A stretch of DNA of 44,518 bases from Gammaproteobacteria bacterium. Lineage in GTDB: Bacteria > Pseudomonadota > Gammaproteobacteria > Xanthomonadales > Wenzhouxiangellaceae. Position 1 is the stretch's first letter. The number at the start of each line of letters is the position of its first letter. The notes under the pieces were generated by a model. It did no database searches. It saw nothing but the letters and a program-made list of their open reading frames with translations, and was not told the origin of the DNA. The DNA lies in assembly GCA_003561495.1 (NCBI GenBank), contig PWWM01000065.1, forward strand, positions 1 to 44,518. The letters run 5' to 3'. The translations under genes and the position numbers were made by a program. Positions 18,010 through 27,900 of this stretch are shown here, piece by piece.

Positions 18010-20038
18010 ATGAGTGAACGACTGCATTTCGGTGACTTCACAGTGGAGCCGTCACTGCAGCGGCTGACCCGCGCGGGTTCAATCGTGGCGCTCAAACCCA
18101 AGGCCTATGACCTGCTGTGTCTGCTGCTGGCCAATCGTGACCGGGTGGTCGGCAAGAACGAACTGCTCGATTGGCTCTGGCCACGCCAGGAAATCAGTGA
18201 ATCGAACCTGTCACAAACCCTCTATGAGCTCAGGCGCGCCCTAGTGGGCCATGCGGCTAATTGGGTAACGCTCAGCCGTCGCACAAGCGTCGTGGGCAAG
18301 GCGCGCGAGCGCAGGACTGGCCGTAGCCAATTCAAGCGAGCGGAACGCAGTCCACGGCGCTTGTGCGACGGCCCTTTGGGAGCCACTGTGCTGGCGCGAC
18401 TCGGCGTTGCGTTTCTTGGCAAGGGCGCGCCATTCCCTGCGAAACGCGCCTTGATTCGCGCCAGCACAGTGGCTCTGAACGTTACTCAATTAGCCGCATG
18501 GCCCACTAGACGACAGCGCGGAGCAGGGGCGCTGGATCGAGACCGTGCCGCGGCGCGGGTTGCGTTTCGCCGGCAAGGTGGAAGAATCGTTGGAGGCCCG
18601 CACGGATCAGGCGGTGAGAAATCTCGCGATCCTGCCGTTTCTGCAACTTGATGATCCTGATGAATTCGGCCCCCTGAGCCTGGGCATGGCCGATACCCTG
18701 GTGACCACGCTCGCCAATGTCAAAGGTCTGGTGGTTCGCCCGCTCAGTGCGGTCTTACGCTATATCGACAGGGACCGGGACGTGATCGAGATCGGCGCCC
18801 AGTTGCAGGTCGATGTGGTTCTGGAGGGCAGCCTCCAGGCCGGTGATCACGGTTTTCGGATCAGCGCGCGCCTGTTGCGAGTCGCGGATGGTGAATGTTT
18901 GTGGGCTGGACAGTTCACGACCAATGCCCGGGATCTGTTTGCCATGGAAGATGAAATGGCCGGGCCGGTGGCCGATGCGGTTGCCGTCGAAATCACCGGG
19001 TCGAAGCCCGTGATACCGCGATCACGCCAAACCGACGATCCGGAAGTTCACATCGCCTGCATCAAGGGACAATACTGCTGGCACAAGTGGACGGTCAATG
19101 CCTGGATGCAGTCGATTCGCCACTTTGAACGTGCCCTGAAGTTGCAGCCCGATCATGCCCCGTCACTGGCCGGACTGGCCGCAGCGTGGAGTACGCTGGG
19201 GATCTTTGGCGTGGTTGCGCCGGTCGAGGCATTTGCCCGGGCACGCGAGGCCGCAACGCAGGCGGTGGCCATTGATGCCGACTACTCAAAGGGCCACGAG
19301 ATCATGGGTGCGATTCACCTGTTTCACGACTGGGACCTGGGAGCGGCGGCCGATTGCCTGGACCGGGCTATCGAAATCGATCCGGACAGTTGCAATGCAC
19401 GCCACCTGCGCGCCTTGATCCTGGCCGTGGGCGGCAGTGATCTGCCCGCCCAGACCGAGATTCAGCGGGCGCTGCGTTGCGATCCGCAATCATTGATCAC
19501 CCGGACCGATGTTGGCTACATCCATTACTGGGGACGTCGCTATCGACAGGCGGAAAAGATCTGGCGGAGCGTGCTCGAAACAGACCCGCATTTTCCGCAT
19601 GCCCGCCAGGCTCTCGCCGGGGTTCTGGTTGAACTGGGTGATCTGGATCGAGCGTTGGGCGAACTGCGCCGGGCACTCAATGATGCCGGTCGCGACCCCG
19701 AGTATTCGGGAGACCTGGCCTGGCTTCTGGGGCGCATGGCGCAAAAGGGCCAGGCCCGTGAGATCCTCAATCACCTGACCGAGCTGGGACGCCGGGACTA
19801 TGTCGATCCCTACCAGATCGCCCTCGCGCACCTGGGGCTGGAGGAATATGATGCAATGTTGGCCACACTCGACCGCGCCCTGGCCAACCGCAGCCGCGAC
19901 ATCGTTCTGATCCCGATCAACCCCATGTTTGATCCCGTCCGCTCCGATCCCCGCCTGCAAGCATTCCTGAAGACAGCTTTACCGAAGATTGTCATTGATC
20001 CGTTGAAACGCCCGGCTCGGCCACGAAGCTTGTCCTGA
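18010..20038 (+). pseudogene. OmpR/CadC-type winged-helix + TolB-like + TPR regulator, disrupted by a MITE
   Basis: Removing 265 nt restores a single 587-aa frame reading ...LYELRRALDDSAEQGRWIETVPRRGLRF..., followed by LAILPF (TolB-like) and TPRs. Confidence 0.9.
18241..18509. mobile_element. Non-autonomous MITE with 35-bp terminal inverted repeats, inserted at CTAG
   Basis: TIRs at 18241-18275 and 18475-18509 (2 mismatches), CTAG at both ends, internal hairpins at 18275-18372 and 18380-18475, no transposase. Confidence 0.93.
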
Positions 20039-20067
20039 GCGCAATTGAAAAATCTGGATACCCCCAT

Positions 20068-20106
20068 AGCGAAACTTGCTGTAGAAGCACTACAGCAAGT
20101 TTCGCT
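20068..20106. terminator. Perfect 17-bp hairpin between convergent genes
   Basis: agcgaaacttgctgtag-aagca-ctacagcaagtttcgct. No clear U-tract. Confidence 0.55.
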
Positions 20107-20199
20107 CCCTTACTGCCGAAAGTCATATTGCGGCTGCACGCGATCTACCTGTCCGCCGGGCTAATGATGCAATTGGCTTCTTCTTCCTGCCTCGATCAT

Positions 20200-21099
20200 C
20201 TATTGCGACCGGTGGCGCAAGTGTTCTTCATCGATTGCAAGGTTCAGGCCCTCACTGATGTAGATGAACATGACATAGGCGCCGGAAGTGTTCGACACTG
20301 AGAAGTCATCCACTGACTCCCCGGTGAACATGGTTGTTTCCAGTGATTCCCGGTAAAGCGGCCATCCGTGACGCGATAGCACAAACTCCACCGCCAGACC
20401 TCCGTCGTTGTCGGAAAAGACCATAGAGAAGCTGTACCAGCCGGGTTCGGTGATCTCATGTTCACCGACAAACAGACCGTCTGCATTACGCTCGACCGGC
20501 ATGAGCAGGTAGCGGAAATTGGGCCATTCCTCATCGAGCACCTGAAATGAATCGGTGTAGCCAAAGCCACTGCCTTCCGGCCACGACGGGTCCAGGTGGA
20601 TATGCAGGGTGCTGGTGAAGCCTCCTTCGGGGAAGTGGTCTGCATGGGGACGAAACGCCGATGCCGGTCCGGCGCCATCTTCAAAGATATCGCTGTAGAA
20701 CTCGTTGCACTCACCATGGCGAACCACGGCATGGGTGGTGCCGGACAGCGAACGAATGGCATCGCTGGAATCATCCTGCAGTTCTTCATCGATCTGCTCG
20801 ATACTGCCACACCAGCCGGTGGGTCCGGAATCCTCCTGACTCGCCCATCCTTCGGTCCCGGTGGCGAAATCCTGGCGCCAGTTTTCAAACGGGGCTTCCG
20901 GAGGGGGTTCGCAGTGCGGCGGCAGGTTCGCGCCGAGCATGCGCAAAATAATGCATTCGCCGGACTGGTGTTGTCCCAGCGGCCCATACCCTGAATTTCC
21001 TGTGGCACCGCCTTTTTCAGTGGCGCTGGCACTGAGCACCAGCATGGTGCTGGCCAGCACGGTTGTCATGATACTGATGCAACTCGATTCGAATTTCAT
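20200..21099 (-). CDS. Hypothetical secreted protein
   Basis: AGGAGG RBS before ATG 21099. Signal peptide ending ASA-T. Acidic, aromatic-rich body with paired Cys. Confidence 0.8.
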   Translation of the reverse strand: MKFESSCISIMTTVLASTMLVLSASATEKGGATGNSGYGPLGQHQSGECIILRMLGANLPPHCEPPPEAPFENWRQDFATGTEGWASQEDSGPTGWCGSIEQIDEELQDDSSDAIRSLSGTTHAVVRHGECNEFYSDIFEDGAGPASAFRPHADHFPEGGFTSTLHIHLDPSWPEGSGFGYTDSFQVLDEEWPNFRYLLMPVERNADGLFVGEHEITEPGWYSFSMVFSDNDGGLAVEFVLSRHGWPLYRESLETTMFTGESVDDFSVSNTSGAYVMFIYISEGLNLAIDEEHLRHRSQ

Positions 21100-21305
21100 G
21101 ATGTCCTCCTGAGCTCGTTTACTTGGAAAAAACGGCAGCGAACATCTCGCGCCGCGTTGTTTCAAGCTAGCGGTCGGAAGCGGAAAAAACCTGAGAAAAA
21201 GGTGGGGAATAGCTGCCAGTTACTTGCCGGGCGACTGGCAGGGAGGCATCTAATCAGGCAGAATGAAAACGGAATCCAAGCCCGATAACGGGGTCGGGGA
21301 GCGGG

Positions 21306-23150
21306 ATGAACCGACGCGAAGGTTTCAAGATTGGTCAATGGCAGGTCTGGCCCGAGCGCAATCTTCTGTCAAGTGATAGTGACGAAGTTCAAGTCAACGC
21401 ACGTACCATGGATGTGCTGTGCCATCTTGCCGAACATGCCGGCGAGGTGGTTAGCCGAGAGGAATGCAATGAAGCGGTATGGGCGGATGCGGTGGTCACC
21501 GACTATGCCCTGACCGGCTGTATCTCCGAACTTCGCCAGGCCCTGGGCGACGATCGGTCGGCGCCACGGTTCATCGAGACCATCCCTAAACGCGGTTACC
21601 GCCTGGCCATGCCGGTTGAGCCTCTCGCCGAGGCGACCGATCTGCCTGACGGACGAACGGGACGTTCCACGCGTCCCTGGATCCTGGCAGCCATTCTCCT
21701 GGCCGTGGTTTCGGCAGCGGCCTGGTATGCCCATCAGTCTGATGCGCCGACGCCGCAAACTGCCCAGCCCACTCTGGCGGTACTTCCGTTCGTGGCCATC
21801 GGAGTGCAACCGGAGTTGCCGCTTGCCGAGGGTATTCATCACGACCTGGTTATCCGGCTGTCCGAACAGAATAATCTGCGAGTGATTTCGCCGAGATCGG
21901 TGCGACGTTACCGTGACACCGAACTGTCGATTTCGGAGATCGCGGCCGAGCTGGGAGTGAACTGGATCGTCGAGGCCACTGTCCAGCAGACTGCACAAGA
22001 GTTCCAGGTCAACGTTCAGCTCACTGAAGCGCCTGATGATGCGCTGGCCTGGGGGCGAAGATACCACCATCAACTTTCCGCAGAACGGTTGTTTGCGGTT
22101 CAGGACGAGATCATAGAGGATATCGTGGAGTCGGTTTATATCCACCTCGAGCCCGAAGGGCGGCCACGTCCGGGGCGTGCCCCGACCGAAAACCTTGAGG
22201 CTTACACCCGTTACGTCCAGGCACGAACCAGCCTGGAAGCCCGCACCGAATCGGCGATGCGTCGGGCAGCCGGTTTGTTTCGTGCTGCCAGTGAAGTTGA
22301 CCCGGACTATGCGCTGGCCCTGGTTGGGCTGGCCGATACCCTGACCTTGCTGCATGACTATGGTTATGCTGGCGCCGAGGAAGTGCTCGGTGAGGCTCGA
22401 TCGGCGATCGATCGGGCCCTGGAGCTGGATCCGGATCTGGCCGAAGCCCATGCGTCTCTGGGGCTGTATCACGGCACGCGCCGGCAGATGGCCGAAGCAG
22501 TGGCGGCGTTGCAACGAGCCGTGAAGTTGCGCCCGGGTTATGCGGAGGCCCACAACTGGCTGAGCTGGTTCCTCAGTGTCGTGGGCGAGGGCGAGGCGGC
22601 TCTGGAAAGTGGACGCCAGGCAGCGGAGCTTGACCCGATGTCGGCCGAGGCACTCGTCAATCATGCCCTCGGCCACATTGCTACCGGAGAGTACGAACAG
22701 GTTCTTGAACCAGCATCCCGGGCCCGGCAACTCCAGCCCGACTACACCACCGCCCCGCTGTACGAAGCCTGGGCGCTATATCACCTGGATCGATTCAAGG
22801 AAGCCCGGGACCTGCTCGAGGGCTTGCGCGCAGAATGGGCCGGGGCTGTTGCCGAGGCCACTCTCGCCCTGGTCCACCTCAGGCTGGACCACCCCGACCG
22901 CGCCGAAGAGCTGCTGGTCGAAATTGCCTCGGGCCAGGATCGTTTTGCCGAAGGCCTGGTGCTGGCCGCGATGGGCGAAACCGAAGCAGCTTTTCGGGCC
23001 TGGAAACGCGTGGACTCCTGGGGCTATGGGCCGGCGCTGGTGGTACATCATCTGTTTCCGGAGGTGCTGGATCCGCTGCAAGCCGATCCGCGCTTCGAGG
23101 CGATGACCGACGAGATCCGAACGGCCTTTGGATGGAATGACCCGGGTTGA
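21306..23150 (+). CDS. Membrane-anchored CadC-type winged-helix + TolB-like + TPR regulator
   Basis: MDVLCHLAEHAGEVVSRE..ISELRQALGDD..FIETIPKRGYRL, one TM (WILAAILLAVVSAAAW), LAVLPF, multiple TPRs. Confidence 0.92.
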   Translation: MNRREGFKIGQWQVWPERNLLSSDSDEVQVNARTMDVLCHLAEHAGEVVSREECNEAVWADAVVTDYALTGCISELRQALGDDRSAPRFIETIPKRGYRLAMPVEPLAEATDLPDGRTGRSTRPWILAAILLAVVSAAAWYAHQSDAPTPQTAQPTLAVLPFVAIGVQPELPLAEGIHHDLVIRLSEQNNLRVISPRSVRRYRDTELSISEIAAELGVNWIVEATVQQTAQEFQVNVQLTEAPDDALAWGRRYHHQLSAERLFAVQDEIIEDIVESVYIHLEPEGRPRPGRAPTENLEAYTRYVQARTSLEARTESAMRRAAGLFRAASEVDPDYALALVGLADTLTLLHDYGYAGAEEVLGEARSAIDRALELDPDLAEAHASLGLYHGTRRQMAEAVAALQRAVKLRPGYAEAHNWLSWFLSVVGEGEAALESGRQAAELDPMSAEALVNHALGHIATGEYEQVLEPASRARQLQPDYTTAPLYEAWALYHLDRFKEARDLLEGLRAEWAGAVAEATLALVHLRLDHPDRAEELLVEIASGQDRFAEGLVLAAMGETEAAFRAWKRVDSWGYGPALVVHHLFPEVLDPLQADPRFEAMTDEIRTAFGWNDPG

Positions 23151-23169
23151 CCCACGAAAGCCGTATTGA

Positions 23170-23295
23170 GTTTGTGGCCGTATATCTGGTCATAGTGCCG
23201 ATGATATCCATAACATGGATTTCGACCACACCCACAATGTGCTTTACTGGGCTCGTGATGAGATCTTCCAGGATCGTTTCGAAGACGACGGTTGA
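23170..23295 (+). pseudogene. Relic of a DRFE-tailed secreted protein gene (not in the ORF track)
   Basis: Frame reads ...GHSADDIHNMDFDHTHNVLYWARDEIFQDRFEDDG*. MDFDHTHNVLYWAR matches MDFDHSTNTLYWAR in the 24941..28930 protein. Confidence 0.75.
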
Positions 23296-23421
23296 GCTTG
23301 CAGGCCGGCGAGGCCGAACCGGTCGGTCTGAATGACCGGAATTGTATCGCGGGCATTTTCGGGGTGGCGATCGTGGGTTCCCATGGCTGGGATCAAGCGC
23401 CGCTGAAATCATTCGGACTGA

Positions 23422-24690
23422 TTACTCGAACCGGTCCTGCAGGATTGGATCAACGATTCCGACAAGATCCACCAAGCTCGGGCTCTCCAGGGCATTGGAG
23501 GGCACCATGAGCTTGGCGCCGGCAACCGTGGCGTCATCAGGAATAAAGCTGACCTCGACGCTGCACCACTGGCCGGGTTCCAGGACCTGATCATCGCAGT
23601 CATTGCCTGTCAGTGCAAAGTCGTCTGAATCAGGGCCGTCCAGACTGAGCGTGCCAATTTCCAGATCAATTTCGCCAGTACTGGTGATCTGAATGGTTTG
23701 CGGTTCCGGCGCCTCGCTGGGGGCAAATGCCTCGAAGATGAGCTGATCCGCCGACAGTTCCAGGCGGGCGTCGGTGATGCAGTCCACGTTGATGTCGGTG
23801 ACATCGTTTCCTTCGATCGTACCGGTCCCATTGGTGACGATGCAACTCTGACTGGGGTTGCTGGGTGGGGATTGCACCCGAACCTCGTAGCTGGTGCCGT
23901 TGAGCAACGGCGTCGGAAACGTGAAGCTGCCGTCCGCGATCAGGGCCAGTGGGTCGGAGTCATTGTTGACAAGGACCAGGGCATCGCCTTCCAGGCCACT
24001 GAGATTGCCGCCTACCGTAAAGGGCCCCGGGGGGAGGAAAACATAGGTCGCGCCCGCATTTGGCAAGCCACTTGCATCCTTGAATCGAGCGCCTATCAGC
24101 GCGGCATTGTCAATGACACTGACCGCTCCGCCAAACCGGGCCAAGGCTTCCAAGTCTGCACCGTCATCATCCTTGGCGGTCAGCTTGGCCTGGAGTGTCC
24201 AGTCCTGGCCATCGAATCGGTAAACATAGGCGGCCCCGGAATTTGAATGGCCTTGCTCATCTTTCCTTGGAGCACCGATCAGCGCAGTGTCTCCAGAAAG
24301 GCTGGCCGCATGACCGAACCAGGCGTCATTTTCCAGATCGTCACCCGCCTCATCTTCGGCGGTTAGTGTGACCTCGAACTCCCAAACTATCCCATCTCGA
24401 CGGTATAAATAGGCCGCGCCGTGGCTCAACGTGGAACTAGATTCATTCGAGCGAGGAGCACCAATCAGCGCCCTGTCACCATGCAGGCTGACCGAAAATC
24501 CAAACTCGGCTCCGGCTTGCAGATCGTCTTCGTTCAGGTCGGACTGCGCGGTCAGCTTGGCCTAAAAGGTACTCTCCGGAATCTGGGCTGCCGACAGCGG
24601 GGTGATGATCAGGGCCAGCAGGAGAAAGAGCAGGGGTTGTACAAAGCGGGACACAGGCGGGGCCGAACCCGTAATTGACGGTTGCGACAT
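23422..24690 (-). pseudogene. Secreted FG-GAP-repeat / Ig-like (choice-of-anchor D-like) protein with an in-frame amber stop
   Basis: GGAGAA RBS, ATG 24690, signal peptide, then TAG at 24564-24562 (TF*AKLTA versus the repeat TLQAKLTA). The frame continues through FG.SVSL.GD.ALIGAP repeats and ends DPILQDRFE. Confidence 0.85.
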
Positions 24691-24940
24691 TAATGGTTCT
24701 CCCTTGGGGTATCTCCCTCACGTCGACGAGCCCCAGCCATCCTAACATCGGGATTGACACCCGAGCAAAAACGAATCGGGAAATGGCAACCATCTCGGCT
24801 ACATGCTTCCCTTGGCTGCAGGATTCTGGCTTTCCCGGGAACGGATTTGACCTTACTTGACCATGATGATTATCCTGACTCTGGGAAAACGGTTCACTTC
24901 CAGCGCGTTAGCGGGCAGGAAGTCGCCAGGGAGTCATGAA

Positions 24941-27900
24941 ATGAAAGCAATTGTCCAGGCATGCCGCATTGCCGGTTGGCCGGTGTTCTCGATTGGTCTC
25001 TTCACCCTTGTACTGTTTTCATCGACTGCCGGCGCCGTTGAGTGGACGGTTTCGGGAACCGTGACCGATTCGATCGAGGGCCATCCCCTGGCGGCCACCA
25101 TCGAAGTGCCGGGGACTTCCATTGATCCGGTCGAGATCGGCCTGGACGGTCAGTACGCCATCGATCTGCCCGAGGACGAAGAGTTCGAGCTGATGGTCAC
25201 GGCCGATGCCAATGGCTACGAAGTTTTGCTGGTGACAGTGGGACCGCTGACCGAAGACATCCACCTGGACATCCACCTAGACCCTGATCTCCAGGCCTGC
25301 GAGGCACCGGGCTATTACAAGGACTTCACGACCTATTACAGCGAGGATTTCGATTCCGATGACGGCGGCTATACCACCGATCAACCGGGCTCTTCCCCCC
25401 TGCCCTGGGAATGGGGCAGCCCCACCGACTGGCCCAACGAGTGCTCGGTGGGTGACAACTGCTGGGGCACCAAACTCGACGGCGATTTCCAGAGCTTCAG
25501 TCATGAAATCCTGCAATCGGGGACCATCGACCTATCGGCGGCCGCCGGGGTGGATGGGCTGAAACTATATTGGGATCAGGCCTGGGATCTCTTCGGACCC
25601 AACACGAATGAAGCGACGGTGGAAGCAATTGTCGATGGCGTATCAAGCACGGTCTGGGAGAACCTGGTCTTTGAAACCCGATTCTGGAATCGGTTGGATG
25701 CGGATATCACCAATGCCGCGGGCAACAACCTGCGACTGAGATGGACACTGGATGCCAGCGGTACAACGAGCACACGATCCGGGATCTTTGTCGACCATGT
25801 GCGGATCGAAGGTTACCAATGCCTGTTCGATGAGCTGCCGCCAACGGTCGATTTGCAGCCGGAGCAGATCGACCAGCAGATGTTTCCGGACCAGACCGGT
25901 TCGGTTCCGCTGACGCTGGAGAATCTCGGTGATCAGACGCTGGAATGGGCCATCGAGGTCAAGAACACGACATCCGGCGCACGCAGTATCAGTGACTTTG
26001 CCGGGTACTACGACCCAGCTAACTGGACGGTCATCAACAACCCGCCGGCCGTTGGCGGATTCATTAACGATGAACCGGGACCGCCTGGGGAATTGTTCAT
26101 CGTGGGTGGTGACGAAGGTGTCGTCGGCTATACCGAGATTCAGATCACCGTACCACGCGATGGCGAGGTCTCCTTCGATTGGGGCTTTGAGTCGCCTGTG
26201 ACTTGGTACAACCGGGCCTGGTACAGGGTCAATGACAACTTCACATTCATGACCGACACCTGGGACCCGGTGGATTATTTCGAGGAATCGGAAACCATTC
26301 CCGTGGAAGCCGGGGATATGATCGGCTTCCGGGTCGAGGTGCACCAGGGCTACGGCGGCTCGGCCGCGCTCGGCCTGACCAACTTCAACGCGCCGACCTG
26401 CGACAGTCCGAGCAGCATCGAGTGGCTGTCACTGTCGGCTGAAAGCGGTACTGTGGATGGCAATGCTGATGACAGCATCGATATCGAATTCGATACCGAT
26501 GGGCTGCTTCCGGGCGATTACTCGACCACGTTGTGCGTGCTGACCAATGATCCGATGCGACCGGTGCTGTTCGTTCCGATCAACCTGACCGTTCAGGCGC
26601 CCGCCCACTACGGAACCATCTCCGGGCAGGTCGACAGCCTGGGTTATTGCAACGATGATCTCCAGCCGGCTGGACATGCCGGCATCGAAATCGCCGGCGT
26701 CAATACCACCTGGAACATCATCGCCGATGAAAATGGTGAGTATTCGGTTCAGATTGACTCGGGGGAATCGCCGATCAATATCACGGCCAGCCTGCCCGGC
26801 CACCTGGATGGGGTTGAGTCCGGACTGATGCTGGGCGCCGGCGCCATCGAGATTGTCGATTTCGATCTGTTTGTCGACTCGCCGTGTGCCCGAACGGATC
26901 CGGAATCGCTGGAAGTCAGCGTGGCTGCGGATGGAACCGCCACGGAGTCGCTCATCATTGATAATGTCGATGGTGCCATCGCGCTGAACTGGAGCGTGTT
27001 CCTTCACGAGCCGGCACAGGCCAGCCCACAGATTCGGTCTTCTCATCCCGTACCGGCGTTCTCGACGACAGAAAATCCCATCCAGGGCTATGTCAGTCTC
27101 GATGTGCTCGATCCGGGAAACTTCGATGTGCTCAATGATTCGAGCGGATTTACATCGCTGCTTGCCAGCGCCTTTGTCGACAATGATTTCAGCGAACAAC
27201 TGTTTCTCAGATCGGTCTTTCACACCCTGTTTTCCTTTGATACCCAGACCGGTGATTTCACCGAGATCGGAGACGTGACTGGAGGTGAAACGACTTCGAA
27301 TTCTTTCTGGCTGTCAATGAGCTACGACCATTCCACCGACACCTTGTATTCGGTGCGATGGGATGGTCAGGAGTCGGTGCTGTTCACCATAGATGCCGTG
27401 GCGCTTGAAGCCACGGAGGTGGGCGCCATCGGGGGGGCTGGTCTGCCGGGGAATGCGCTGGTTGTGGCCATTGCCGTCGACTTCAGCGGGCAGATGTATG
27501 GTCTGGAGCTTGAGGAGGAAGTGCTTATCGAGATCGACAAGCTAAGCGGCCAGGCCAGCGTGATTGGATCGCCCGGTGTTGACATGGCCTTCGAGGTTCA
27601 GGAAATGGATTTCGATCACTCAACCAATACCCTCTACTGGGCTCGGGTACCCGACACCAGCAGCCAGACCGAAATGATGTCGATCGATACAGACACCGGT
27701 GCGGCATCCTATATTGGCGATATCGATGGAGGCTCGAGTCTGGTTTCGATGAGCATCGCGGTTCCAACTCCCTGTGCCTCACCTGATGCCATCGACTGGC
27801 TGGAAGTCATCACGACTTCAGGCACCACCGCTGCCGGAAGCACCGACACCCTGCAAGTGAAATTTGACGCCGATGGCCTGGCCCAGGGAACCCATGAAGC

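Noticed and set aside
18010-18651. 213-aa ORF as a stand-alone regulator
   Set aside because: Its C-terminal two thirds are translated MITE and out-of-frame sequence. The true gene is 18010..20038, interrupted.
23147-23335. 62-aa ORF overlapping the regulator stop
   Set aside because: The homology signal (MDFDH..LYWAR and the DRFE tail) lies in a different frame.
24562-24564. Pyrrolysine or programmed amber readthrough
   Set aside because: No pyl genes are in view and the repeat has Gln at this position. A C>T nonsense change is the simpler explanation.
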